In this document: piece after piece, positions 1 to 9,087 of the stretch
Numbering within the stretch: the first letter of the stretch is position 1
Layout of the letters: each line of letters starts with the position of its first letter
DNA from: Christensenella sp. UBA1428
GTDB taxonomy: Bacteria > Bacillota > Clostridia > Christensenellales > UBA1750
Assembly (NCBI GenBank): GCA_002329335.1
Contig: DCTY01000003.1
Coordinates: 22,833 to 86,131 of the forward strand
Length of the DNA: 63,299 nucleotides
Reading direction: 5' to 3'
Notes under the pieces: generated by a model
Seen by the model: the letters and a program-made list of their open reading frames with translations, nothing else
Databases searched by the model: none
What the model was told of the DNA's origin: nothing
Position numbers and translations under genes: made by a program

Positions 1-70
1 TCCATCCACTGCGCAGAGCAGCGAAAAAAAGCTCCCGCAGATGATGCGGGAGCCAGTAAAAAAAGCAGGA

Positions 71-967
71 TCAGCCTTTGAGCGCGCCAACCATGACGCC
101 CTTGGCGAAATATTTTTGCAGGAAAGGATATACGCACAAAATCGGAACCGTTGCCACAATGATGGTAGCATATTTTACCGTCGCTTCAACAGAACGATAA
201 ACGGTTTCATCCGTTTCCTCCGACAAAGAGCTCATATTGCCCAGAATCAGGATTTCACGCAGTACGATCTGCAAGGGGTAGCGCACGCGCTCCTGCAAAT
301 AGATCATTGCGCTAAACCAGGAGTTCCAGTGTGCAACGCCGTAATAAAGCGTGATAACCGCGATGATCGGCGCAGACAGGGGCAGCACGATTCGGTAAAG
401 AATCGTCAAATCCTTTGCACCGTCAATACGCGCCGATTCCTCCAGCTCACCCGGCAGCGCCATAAAGAAGGTACGCATCATGATCATGTTGTAGGTATTG
501 ATCGCGCCCGGCAGCACCAGCGCCCAGATCGTGTTGTACATCCCCAGCGTTTTCACAACCAGGAAGGAAGGGATCAACCCACCATTGATAAACATCGTAA
601 CAGTGATGAGAATCATAATGTATTTCTTAAAATACAAATTTCTTCTGGAAAGCACATACGCGCCATGGAACGTCATCAACAGGTTGATGCTGGTACCAAC
701 CAGCACATAAATCAGCGTATTTTTATAAGACGTCAAAAGCAGCGGATGCTCCATCAAGAACTCATAGGTATAAAGCGTAAAATTCTTGGGCCAAAGCAGA
801 ATACCGCGATGCGCCAGAATCAACGCCGGTTCGCTGAAGGATGCGCACAGCACATGCCACAGCGGATAGAACGTAATGAGGCACAGAAATACCATAAATA
901 CGGTATTGAACACCGTGAAAATCATTTCACCGGTCGTCTTTTTAATCGCATTTGCATTTTTTGCCAT
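71..967 (-). CDS. Carbohydrate ABC transporter permease (MalG/LplC-like)
   Basis: Hydrophobic 298 aa protein with EAA loop ELEESARIDGA and the family-typical C-terminus YPFLQKYFAKGVMVGALKG. Confidence 0.93.
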   Translation of the reverse strand: MAKNANAIKKTTGEMIFTVFNTVFMVFLCLITFYPLWHVLCASFSEPALILAHRGILLWPKNFTLYTYEFLMEHPLLLTSYKNTLIYVLVGTSINLLMTFHGAYVLSRRNLYFKKYIMILITVTMFINGGLIPSFLVVKTLGMYNTIWALVLPGAINTYNMIMMRTFFMALPGELEESARIDGAKDLTILYRIVLPLSAPIIAVITLYYGVAHWNSWFSAMIYLQERVRYPLQIVLREILILGNMSSLSEETDETVYRSVEATVKYATIIVATVPILCVYPFLQKYFAKGVMVGALKG

Positions 968-985
968 GATAACTGCCCCCTTTCC

Positions 986-1945
986 TCAGAACAAACTGGT
1001 TTCGCTGTATCTAGCAGAAACCCAGTTTGCGCCGAGCAGGAAAACCAAGTTGATCACAGTATTAAAAAGGCCAACGGCGGTGGAATAACTGTAGTTGAAG
1101 TTTTCCATACCTTCACGGTAAACGTAAGTGGAAATAATGTCGGACACCTCATAGGTCGCTTCGTTATAAAGCAGGAACACCTTTTCAAAGCCGACATTCA
1201 TCATTTCGCCCAGGCGCAGGATCAAACGAATGATAATGGTGGAGGAAATACCAGGAATCGTAATATAAATCGCCTGCGCAAACCGCCCTGCACCATCGAT
1301 AATCGCAGATTCATACTGCGCCTGATCGATACCGGCAATCGCGGACAGATAGATGATAGAACCCCAGCCGATTCCGCTCCAAATACCGGAAGCAACATAG
1401 ATGGTTCTAAAATACTCCGGCACAATCAGCAGGTTGGACGACGCCCGACCGCGGGTGACAAACGCGACCAAATCGCTGAGAATACCATTGGTTGCGCAGA
1501 ACATGTTGAGCATACCGCAGATAACAACCATGGAAATAAAGTGCGGCATGTAGGTAATGGTCTGCACCGTACGTTTAAACCAGCTGGTACGGATTTCGTT
1601 GAGCAGCAGCGCAAGAATAATCGGAGCCGGGAAACCAAAAAGGAAATTATAAAAGCTCAAAAGAAAAGTATTGCGTACAAGCCGGAAAAAATAACGTCCG
1701 GTGATAAATTTTTCAAAATGCTTCAGTCCACACCACGGACTGCCCATAATGCCCTTGACCATCTTATAGTCTTTGAAGGCAATCGTAATACCATACATGG
1801 GTATGTAGTGAAATACAATATAATAAACGAGCATCGGAATTGCGATCAAATAGATGCTCTTATTTACTTTCAGATCTCTGCCAACAATCCTCAACCAGCG
1901 CTGAAACGGCGAGGGTTGATTGACAGCCGAAACCTTAGTGGTCAT
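986..1945 (-). CDS. Carbohydrate ABC transporter permease (LplB/YteP-like)
   Basis: Motifs IAFKDY, SPWCGLKHF, PHFISMVV, YESAIIDGA; RBS GGAGG upstream. Confidence 0.93.
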   Translation of the reverse strand: MTTKVSAVNQPSPFQRWLRIVGRDLKVNKSIYLIAIPMLVYYIVFHYIPMYGITIAFKDYKMVKGIMGSPWCGLKHFEKFITGRYFFRLVRNTFLLSFYNFLFGFPAPIILALLLNEIRTSWFKRTVQTITYMPHFISMVVICGMLNMFCATNGILSDLVAFVTRGRASSNLLIVPEYFRTIYVASGIWSGIGWGSIIYLSAIAGIDQAQYESAIIDGAGRFAQAIYITIPGISSTIIIRLILRLGEMMNVGFEKVFLLYNEATYEVSDIISTYVYREGMENFNYSYSTAVGLFNTVINLVFLLGANWVSARYSETSLF

Positions 1946-2067
1946 GCCATCTGCCTCCTCATGATGTGTTTAACGATATTCGCCGCATAGAAATTTCTTT
2001 TAATACAGGAAAAGCGCATAAAAGTTTTTTGCCCTTAAACGCGCTCAAATTTTAATAACAAAGAAGA

Positions 2068-2097
2068 GAAAGGAGCGGCGGAAACGCCGCCCCTTCC
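2068..2097 (-). terminator. Intra-operonic stem-loop after the binding-protein gene
   Basis: Minus strand GAAGGGGCGGCG-TTTC-CGCCGCTCCTTT followed by a pyrimidine run. Confidence 0.6.
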
Positions 2098-2109
2098 GTT
2101 TGGTTTTAA

Positions 2110-3915
2110 TCAGCCGCCATAATAAGCGTCAACTTTGGACTGATACAGATCCAGCAGATCCTGCAGACCCATATCATACGCGCCCTTCACGTAGGCGTCC
2201 CAACCCGCTTCGATATCCTGCGTGCCGAGGATGAACGCAGTAATCTTTTCCACGACAAAGGTATCAACTGCAGTGTTGAGTTCTGCGCGCAGCGCGGATT
2301 CTTCCGTGTCATACACCACATAGGGCATATTGTTTACCGGATCATAGGACTTCCAGTTGGGGATCCATTCGCCGCGGCGCGTATCGCTGCACTTGGCTTT
2401 ATAGGTCTCAACAGAAGTGTCGGAATCCGAATACCAGCGCTGCACATAAACCTTGGGATCTTCCTGATGGAGGAACTCAGCGGTATCCCACAGCACGATG
2501 CCGGAGAAGTACGGGCCAGAGGTGGTGGTCCATTTCGGATCGAAGGAGTTCTCATCTTCCTTCGGCGTCAAGGGCTGGGAAGAACCGTCAACATCCTTAA
2601 AGGTATTGATACGGCCGTCTTCAGCCACATTGTAGTTAACGCCTTCCACACCATACATCAGCGCGGTACGTCCTTCGTCGGAATAGCCCATGTAGTCCAT
2701 CGCGAACAGAACCTTTTCAATGTTCTGGCAGGTGGTGGTCACGCAGCCAGACTGATCCGGGTTATAGTTGAAGGAGCATCTGGCCACAACAGGATCCTTG
2801 CCGGCTTCCTTGGACACCGGACGGATACCATAAGCGATCATGGGCGTGTTGGGATCGGCGTCGATTGCAGACATCCAGGGCGTATTGCCGTTGCCGCCGC
2901 CCGCGCCGTACCAAACGCCGACGATACCTTCGGCAACCTTGGCGTTCTGCGCAGCAGAGTCGTTGGTCACAAAGTCAGGATCGAGGATACCGTCCACATA
3001 CCACTTATGCAGCATGGTGACAATTTCCTTGAATTCAGGCTGAACAGCGCCAAAACGAACTTCGTGCGTCGCCGCATCCTGATATTCGTTATAAACCAGA
3101 TCCCAACCGGAAGTAACCGCAGTACCAGAAATCAGACCGGATTTGGTCGAGTTGCCAATACCAATGGTGGAGAAGGGAATTTCAACCTCTTCCCAATCCT
3201 TCATCGCGTACAGCAGCGCTTCAAAATCGGCAATCGTTTCGGGAACTTCAAAGCCGTACTTGTCCAGCAGATCCTTACGGAGCATCAGACCCTCGTTAAA
3301 CAGGTTGCCGTCGTTGCGGAAATACGGAATGTCCAGATACTGGCTGCCGTTCCACAGCGCCTGCTGCGCATACTGCGGGAAGGTTTCGTAGATCTTTTTG
3401 ATCCACGGCGTATAGCCGCCGTCGATGTACTCGTTCATCTCAATGATGATGCCATCTTCGTAAGCAGCAGTCAGACCACCGGGATAATAGTTGTTTACGC
3501 CCTGGATCACGTCCGGCCAGTTGCCGGCGGCGATCATCAGACCGAACTGCTCGGTGGCAACGTCTTCAGAAGGCTCTGCCCACTGGAAGTCCACGTTCAT
3601 CTTCTCTTCCATATAGCGGAAGAAGGGCATTTCTTCAAAAGAGCTGATATCCTTGACATATTTGGAACCCAGCACCTGCCAGTAACGAATGGGGAGCGTT
3701 TCGTCATAGGGCAGAGACAGGCCGGCATCAGCCGTGGCTTCGCCCGTGGATTCCGGCGCCTGAGTCGCTTCAGCGCCGGCGTTTGTCGCGGGCGCCTTTG
3801 TCGCAGCACTGGTGGGCGTCGTGGTCGTACCGGCAGTACCGGCGCAGCCGCCGAGCACGCCGACGAGCAGCACCAGGCACATGGCCATCGCCGCGATACG
3901 CATGTTACGTTTCAT
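2110..3915 (-). CDS. Extracellular solute-binding lipoprotein (family 1, LplA-like)
   Basis: Lipobox VLGGC, T/A/P-rich linker, motifs RKDLLDKYG..VPET and WYVDGILDPD; RBS AAAGGAGG. Confidence 0.92.
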   Translation of the reverse strand: MKRNMRIAAMAMCLVLLVGVLGGCAGTAGTTTTPTSAATKAPATNAGAEATQAPESTGEATADAGLSLPYDETLPIRYWQVLGSKYVKDISSFEEMPFFRYMEEKMNVDFQWAEPSEDVATEQFGLMIAAGNWPDVIQGVNNYYPGGLTAAYEDGIIIEMNEYIDGGYTPWIKKIYETFPQYAQQALWNGSQYLDIPYFRNDGNLFNEGLMLRKDLLDKYGFEVPETIADFEALLYAMKDWEEVEIPFSTIGIGNSTKSGLISGTAVTSGWDLVYNEYQDAATHEVRFGAVQPEFKEIVTMLHKWYVDGILDPDFVTNDSAAQNAKVAEGIVGVWYGAGGGNGNTPWMSAIDADPNTPMIAYGIRPVSKEAGKDPVVARCSFNYNPDQSGCVTTTCQNIEKVLFAMDYMGYSDEGRTALMYGVEGVNYNVAEDGRINTFKDVDGSSQPLTPKEDENSFDPKWTTTSGPYFSGIVLWDTAEFLHQEDPKVYVQRWYSDSDTSVETYKAKCSDTRRGEWIPNWKSYDPVNNMPYVVYDTEESALRAELNTAVDTFVVEKITAFILGTQDIEAGWDAYVKGAYDMGLQDLLDLYQSKVDAYYGG

Positions 3916-4146
3916 GGTTTTGCCTCCTTTAGCAACCAGTAAATAATGTTATATTTCCCGGTTAGATTCCCGGAAAAACTGTAACAAACAAGCGGAACCC
4001 CCTAAATCGAATGTCAGCAACGCCTTGATACAACACGTTGTTTCATACAAATACAGGTTTTATTCCAACTGTTTGTTTTTTACCACAAACGACAAAAAGT
4101 GAAAAGCAGTACGTCCTATTTCATTAAGTTATTTTTGACATTTCAT

Positions 4147-4175
4147 ATTATACTTGTTTATGTATTTTATTGAAA
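4147..4175 (-). promoter_or_regulatory. Putative sigma-A promoter for the lplABC-like operon
   Basis: Perfect TATAAT on the minus strand at 4147-4152 with a weak -35 in AT-rich DNA. Confidence 0.4.
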
Positions 4176-4289
4176 TATTTATTTTTAAATATTATTTATA
4201 TTCAATAATATATATTGCGCTTTGTTCGAAAAAACGGAACTTCCAAAAAATCCATATTTTGTGAATTTCAGTTAATTCCAATACAGTTG

Positions 4290-4318
4290 TTGCCATACGC
4301 ATCTTCCCACGATATAAT
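4290..4318 (+). promoter_or_regulatory. Sigma-A promoter for the hybrid operon
   Basis: TTGCCA-17 bp-TATAAT. Confidence 0.7.
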
Positions 4319-4399
4319 AATAAACAGTTGCCTGCGCTGCGCAGTCAAAAAAACAGTCGATGTATGATCCTATAAAATTTTTGAATTCTTTCATAATTT

Positions 4400-4426
4400 T
4401 GCAACAAAACCAGTGTGTTTTTCGTC
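4400..4426 (+). promoter_or_regulatory. Putative ECF-sigma (SigV/SigM-like) promoter
   Basis: TGCAAC-17 bp-CGTC, about 45 bp before the start codon. Confidence 0.5.
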
Positions 4427-4470
4427 AAAGAGATTGGGCAGTTTATTTGTATTTGCCAAGGAGTTTGTCA

Positions 4471-5373
4471 ATGACCATTCAAACAAAAAAGCCGGTCAAG
4501 CGACCGCAACAAAAAAAGCTTCGGCAGCATGCTACGGACGCCGCCTTTCTTTCCCCCAGCCTGATCGGCGTGCTGATTTTTTTTGTACTGCCTTTTTTTG
4601 TGGTGTTTTATTACGCCATGATCAACAATCCGATTTCGCATCAGTTTGTTTTCCTGGACAATTTTAAAATGGTGCTTCAGAACAACGCCTTCCGGCAGGC
4701 GGCGAAAAACACGCTGTCGTTTTCGGTCATTTCGGTGCCGCTGGCTGTTGTGCTTTCCCTCGGGCTGGCGCTGCTGCTGGACGGCCAGGTCTATGGCAAA
4801 AGTATTTTCAGAACATTTTTTCTCAGCCCCATGATGGTGCCCATTGCATCCATCGTGCTGATCTGGCAGGTATTGTTTCATTTAAATGGTTCTGCCAACG
4901 ACGTCCTGGGCGCATTTGGCATCGAGCCCATCGACTGGTTTAAATCCCAGTACAACCAGTGGACGGTTATTTTACTGTTCCTTTGGAAAAACCTCGGTTA
5001 TAATATGATCCTTTTCATGGCGTCGCTTTCAAGCATTCCCCACGACATGATTGAGGCGGCCATGCTCGACGGCGCCGGCCCGTGGCATCGCTTTATCCAT
5101 ATCAAGCTGCGCTACCTCTCCCCTACCGTGCTGTTTGTCACCATTCTTTCGCTGATCAACTCGTTTAAGGTATTCCGGGAGGTTTATCTGCTCACAGGCG
5201 ATTATCCCTATGACAAGCTTTACCTTTTGCAGCATTTCATGAACAACACCTTCCGCCAGCTGGATTACCAGAAGCTCAGTGCCGCTGCGATTCTGATGGC
5301 CGTTGTGGTCGTGGCGATCATCGCCGTATTGTTTATCGCGGAAAATGTGTTTGGAAAGGATGTGGAAGGATGA
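4471..5373 (+). CDS. Carbohydrate ABC transporter permease (MalF/UgpA-like)
   Basis: WKNLGYNMILF, EAAMLDGA, INSFKVFRE; start set at ATG 4471 behind AAGGAG. Confidence 0.9.
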   Translation: MTIQTKKPVKRPQQKKLRQHATDAAFLSPSLIGVLIFFVLPFFVVFYYAMINNPISHQFVFLDNFKMVLQNNAFRQAAKNTLSFSVISVPLAVVLSLGLALLLDGQVYGKSIFRTFFLSPMMVPIASIVLIWQVLFHLNGSANDVLGAFGIEPIDWFKSQYNQWTVILLFLWKNLGYNMILFMASLSSIPHDMIEAAMLDGAGPWHRFIHIKLRYLSPTVLFVTILSLINSFKVFREVYLLTGDYPYDKLYLLQHFMNNTFRQLDYQKLSAAAILMAVVVVAIIAVLFIAENVFGKDVEG

Positions 5374-6281
5374 ACAGACGGCGCATCAAACCGCGCGAAC
5401 TGCGCCAGCGGGTTCTTGCCGTGCTGCTGACCGTGCTGGCCGCCGCCGCTGCGCTGGTGTTTCTGGTGCCGACAGTGCTGACAATCTCCAGCTCCTTTAT
5501 GAGCCAGAGCGAAATCGCCGCCAACTATGGTCAGGTCTTTTCAAGCGTTACCGACCGCACAACCTATGTCAGCGAGCATGTAACGCTGAAATTCATTCCG
5601 GATTTGATTTCGTTTTCCCAATACAGCACGGTGCTGATCCGAAGCCCGGAATATCTTTTGAAATTCTGGAATTCAGTGATTCTGGTCGTCCCCATCGTGG
5701 TGTTCCAGCTGTTTATCGCAGCGTTTGCGTCCTACAGCTTTTCACAGTTTCGCGGGCGGATCAAGGAAATGATTTTTTTCCTATATATAATCCTGATGCT
5801 CATGCCCTATCAGGTTACGCTCGTGCCCAATTACCTGGTAGCGCAGTGGCTCCACACGCTCGATACCCGTTGGGCGATCATTCTGCCCGGCATCTTTGCG
5901 CCGTTTAGCGTTTTCATTCTCACCAAATACATGCGGCGTATTCCGGTAGGCATGATCGAGGCGGCAAAGCTCGACGGCGCAGGTCACTGGCAGATATTCA
6001 CGCAGATCTGCATGCCGCTTTGCAAAAGCGCGCTGTATTCCATCATGATTCTGGTGTTTATCGATTACTGGAACATGGTGGAGCAGCCGCTGATCCTGAT
6101 GACCGGCGACGCCGAGGCGCTGCACCCGCTTTCGGTATATCTGTCCAAAATCAATTCCGGCGAGGTCGGCGTAGCCTTCGCCGTGGCCACGGTGTATATG
6201 GTGCCCTGCCTTCTGATTTTCCTGTACGGGGAAGAATACCTGATTGAAGGCATCACCTATTCCGGCGGCATCAAAGGCTGA
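5370..6281 (+). CDS. Carbohydrate ABC transporter permease (MalG/UgpE-like)
   Basis: MPYQVTLVPNY, EAAKLDGA, FIDYWN, C-terminal GGIKG; ATGA overlap with the upstream gene. Confidence 0.9.
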   Translation: MNRRRIKPRELRQRVLAVLLTVLAAAAALVFLVPTVLTISSSFMSQSEIAANYGQVFSSVTDRTTYVSEHVTLKFIPDLISFSQYSTVLIRSPEYLLKFWNSVILVVPIVVFQLFIAAFASYSFSQFRGRIKEMIFFLYIILMLMPYQVTLVPNYLVAQWLHTLDTRWAIILPGIFAPFSVFILTKYMRRIPVGMIEAAKLDGAGHWQIFTQICMPLCKSALYSIMILVFIDYWNMVEQPLILMTGDAEALHPLSVYLSKINSGEVGVAFAVATVYMVPCLLIFLYGEEYLIEGITYSGGIKG

Positions 6282-6306
6282 CGCAGACAAGAAAGGAGTA
6301 TGTCCC

Positions 6307-7974
6307 ATGCAAGAATTCCAGCCAGTGCGCAATCGGCGCGGATGGATCAAGAACGCTGCCATCATTTTCCTGTCGGTATTGCTGGTGCTGACGTTCTTTT
6401 CCAACACGATCATGAACATTTCGCTGCCCGAAGTGGCCGCGGTTTATACAACCGCCGGCACGATCACCAACAAGATTTCGGTGACGGGCAACATCGAGCC
6501 AAACGAATCCTACGGTGTGTTTGCCGACGGCACCTACACGCTGCGCACGGTTAATGTGCGCGTAGGCGATACGGTTGAAAAAGATCAGGAGCTGGCGAGC
6601 TATGAATTTGACGTCAGTGACGAGCTGCGCGACGCCAGAAAGACGCTGAACGAGCTTCAAAACGCCTATGACCTGGCGGTGCTGGAATCGGACAGTTCCG
6701 GCAGCTATGACAAAGCCTACCGGGATCTCGAACGCGTCAAAAAGGACGCCGACGACGCCTGGGCCAAATATAACGCGCACGCCAGCCTGTACAGCATTCC
6801 CGCAGGCGACCCGGCGCTGAAGGTTGCAGCGCTGGAAGAGGAGCAAAAGCAGCTTCAGAAAAACGTCGACGCCTTCAAGGCGGATATGACGGATTTTGCA
6901 ACGCTGCACGAAAAAATCACCACGCTGCAAGCCCAGAAAGACGCCGCGCAAACAGCGTACGAGGAAGCCAAGGAAATCGTTGACAATGAAACGGCCTATC
7001 CATCCGCACAGGTTGAAAATGCGCGTCAGACCATGCGCGTCAACGCCGATTTGATCGAGCGGCTGATGACGGAAATCAACCTCTGCTATGAAAAGCTCAA
7101 TAACCTCAATGATCTGATCACCGCCGATTCCACGCAGGAACAGATTCTTTCCATGCTGGAAGGCTCCCTGGAAACGGTCACGGATCAGCTGGCGGCCTAT
7201 AACAAGGCGGTAGAGCTGTATACTGCGGCGCAGACGGCGGACAAGACGTACGAGGACAAAAAGTACGAAGTGCAGGAGCTGATTGACGGCTACGAAAAGG
7301 CCGATCAGAAAGCGCAGCTGACGCTTAAAGGGCAAAAAGACGCGCTGGAGGCCCAAAAGCAGCTGGTAACGGATCTGGAGGCCAAAAGCGAGGGCGCGAC
7401 GGTGCTTTCGCCCGTTGCCGGCGTCATCACGACGATTTTCTCCCAGGCGGGTGAAAAGGTCAGCGGTGGCGCGCAGCTGTTTGCCATCGAGCTTTCCGGC
7501 AAGGGATATTTGCTTAAAACCACGATGACCGCCGATCAGGCGCGTCAGATCAAAGTCGGCGACAAGGCCACGGTGCAGGATTGGTGGTATGGGGAAATTG
7601 ACGTCACGGTATCGGCGATCAAAAACGACCCCAGCAACCCCGGCCGCAGCAATATTGTGGAATTCGTTGTCACCGGCGATGTCAGCGCCGGCCAGACGCT
7701 CAAGCTTTCGGTTGGTTCCCGCAGCGCAAGCTATGACGTTTTGGTCCCCAACAGCGCCGTCCGGGAGGACTCCAACGGCAAGTTCGTGCTGATCGTCAAC
7801 TCCAAATCCAGCCCCCTGGGCAACCGGTATTTCGCCAAGCGCGTGGACGTGACCGTTTTGGCCAGCGACGATAAGTATACGGCGGTTTCCGGCGAACTTT
7901 TCGGTTCGGAATATGTCATTACAACCTCTACCAGCCCGATTGAATCCGGCACGCAGGTGCGTCTGGCAGAATGA
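6307..7974 (+). CDS. Membrane-fusion / periplasmic adaptor protein (HlyD/MacA family) with a long coiled coil
   Basis: N-terminal TM; lipoyl half-motifs VRVGDTVEKDQ and SPVAGVI..AGEKV flanking about 255 helical residues; C-terminal VLVPNSAV..GKFVLIV; RBS AAAGGAG. Confidence 0.88.
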   Translation: MQEFQPVRNRRGWIKNAAIIFLSVLLVLTFFSNTIMNISLPEVAAVYTTAGTITNKISVTGNIEPNESYGVFADGTYTLRTVNVRVGDTVEKDQELASYEFDVSDELRDARKTLNELQNAYDLAVLESDSSGSYDKAYRDLERVKKDADDAWAKYNAHASLYSIPAGDPALKVAALEEEQKQLQKNVDAFKADMTDFATLHEKITTLQAQKDAAQTAYEEAKEIVDNETAYPSAQVENARQTMRVNADLIERLMTEINLCYEKLNNLNDLITADSTQEQILSMLEGSLETVTDQLAAYNKAVELYTAAQTADKTYEDKKYEVQELIDGYEKADQKAQLTLKGQKDALEAQKQLVTDLEAKSEGATVLSPVAGVITTIFSQAGEKVSGGAQLFAIELSGKGYLLKTTMTADQARQIKVGDKATVQDWWYGEIDVTVSAIKNDPSNPGRSNIVEFVVTGDVSAGQTLKLSVGSRSASYDVLVPNSAVREDSNGKFVLIVNSKSSPLGNRYFAKRVDVTVLASDDKYTAVSGELFGSEYVITTSTSPIESGTQVRLAE

Positions 7975-9077
7975 CGATGAAAAAGCATTTGAAGCTCAAA
8001 AAAAGCGCGCTGCTTCAGCTGATCCTGTGTGTCATGCTGACCAGCCTTTCCGGTCTTTGCTATTTGTTTCTGGCGCTGCTGAGCCGGTCGCTGCCGGATC
8101 AGCGCGCTGCGCTGGCCTGGGACGCCTCGGGCGGTTCGCGCCAGGTCAGCGCGTTTATTTCCCAGGACGAGCAGATGATTCCCGACCAATTGATCGCGCA
8201 GCGAAAAAGCGTGGATAACGCGCTTTCCGAAGCTGGTCTGACGCCGCCCAGTGAAAACGCACGGCTTTGGGTCGACGCCTACAGCACGCGCGGCAAGCTG
8301 ACGCTGACAACCCCGCGCACCGCACAGGAAATGCAGGTGATCGGCGTCGGCGGCGATTTTTTCCTGTTTCATCCCTACAAGCTGGTGTCCGGCGCCTATT
8401 TCGGCGCCTCGGATTTGATGCGCAACCGCATCGTATTGGACGAGACCGCCGCATGGCAGCTTTTTGGCGCGACGCAGGTGGAATCCATGTCGCTGACAAT
8501 CGACGGAATCGATTATACCGTTGCCGGCGTCATCCAGAATGAAACAGACGACGCGGTCGTCGGCGCGCTCAACGGCAGCCCGATTGTCATCGTGCCCTTC
8601 GAGGCGCTTGGCGACGCCGCCATTACCTGCTATGAGGCCATTCTGCCCGAGGCTGTCAAAGGATTGGCGCTGACGACTTTTCAAAATTCTTTGACCGCAG
8701 CGCCTGAAAATATGCAACTTCGGGAGAACTCTACGCGTTATACTCTTTGGAAGCTGCTTGAAGCGCTGCCAAATTTTGCGGCGCGCGGCGTGCAGGTCAA
8801 GCCGCTGATCTATCCCTATTGGGAAAATGCGGCGCTGACCGTGGAAAATTACGCCATGCTGGCCGCCGCAGGCGTCGTCCTGTTTGCAATTTATCCAATC
8901 GCCGCTCTGATCGTCTGGCTGTGCATCCGATGGAAAAAGCGCACCTGGCACGTCAGACGCATCCGAGATTGGATTGTCAGCCGGATTGACGCCCGCAATG
9001 ACCGCGCATATTACCGCAAAAAGAAGGCGGAGGACGCTCAAGCCGCCGCCCAGAGCGAATCTGAGAAGGAAATGTGA
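7971..9077 (+). CDS. Truncated MacB-like membrane protein (extracytoplasmic core domain between two TMs)
   Basis: VIGVGGDFF..LVSGAYF..IVLDETAAWQLFG..YTVAGVI resembles the MacB periplasmic core; only two hydrophobic segments. Confidence 0.75.
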   Translation: MTMKKHLKLKKSALLQLILCVMLTSLSGLCYLFLALLSRSLPDQRAALAWDASGGSRQVSAFISQDEQMIPDQLIAQRKSVDNALSEAGLTPPSENARLWVDAYSTRGKLTLTTPRTAQEMQVIGVGGDFFLFHPYKLVSGAYFGASDLMRNRIVLDETAAWQLFGATQVESMSLTIDGIDYTVAGVIQNETDDAVVGALNGSPIVIVPFEALGDAAITCYEAILPEAVKGLALTTFQNSLTAAPENMQLRENSTRYTLWKLLEALPNFAARGVQVKPLIYPYWENAALTVENYAMLAAAGVVLFAIYPIAALIVWLCIRWKKRTWHVRRIRDWIVSRIDARNDRAYYRKKKAEDAQAAAQSESEKEM

Positions 9078-9087
9078 GGAAACAAGC

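Noticed and set aside
41-1990. 649 aa plus-strand ORF, and similar long antisense ORFs (2467-3942, 14911-16401, 16423-17832, 18954-20516, 24096-25361)
   Set aside because: They lie exactly opposite well-supported genes, lack family motifs and are the shadow ORFs expected from biased codon usage in GC-rich DNA
3916-4470. AT-rich stretch as a horizontal-transfer boundary or replication origin
   Set aside because: Consistent with a divergent promoter region; no integrase, att-like repeats or DnaA-box cluster seen
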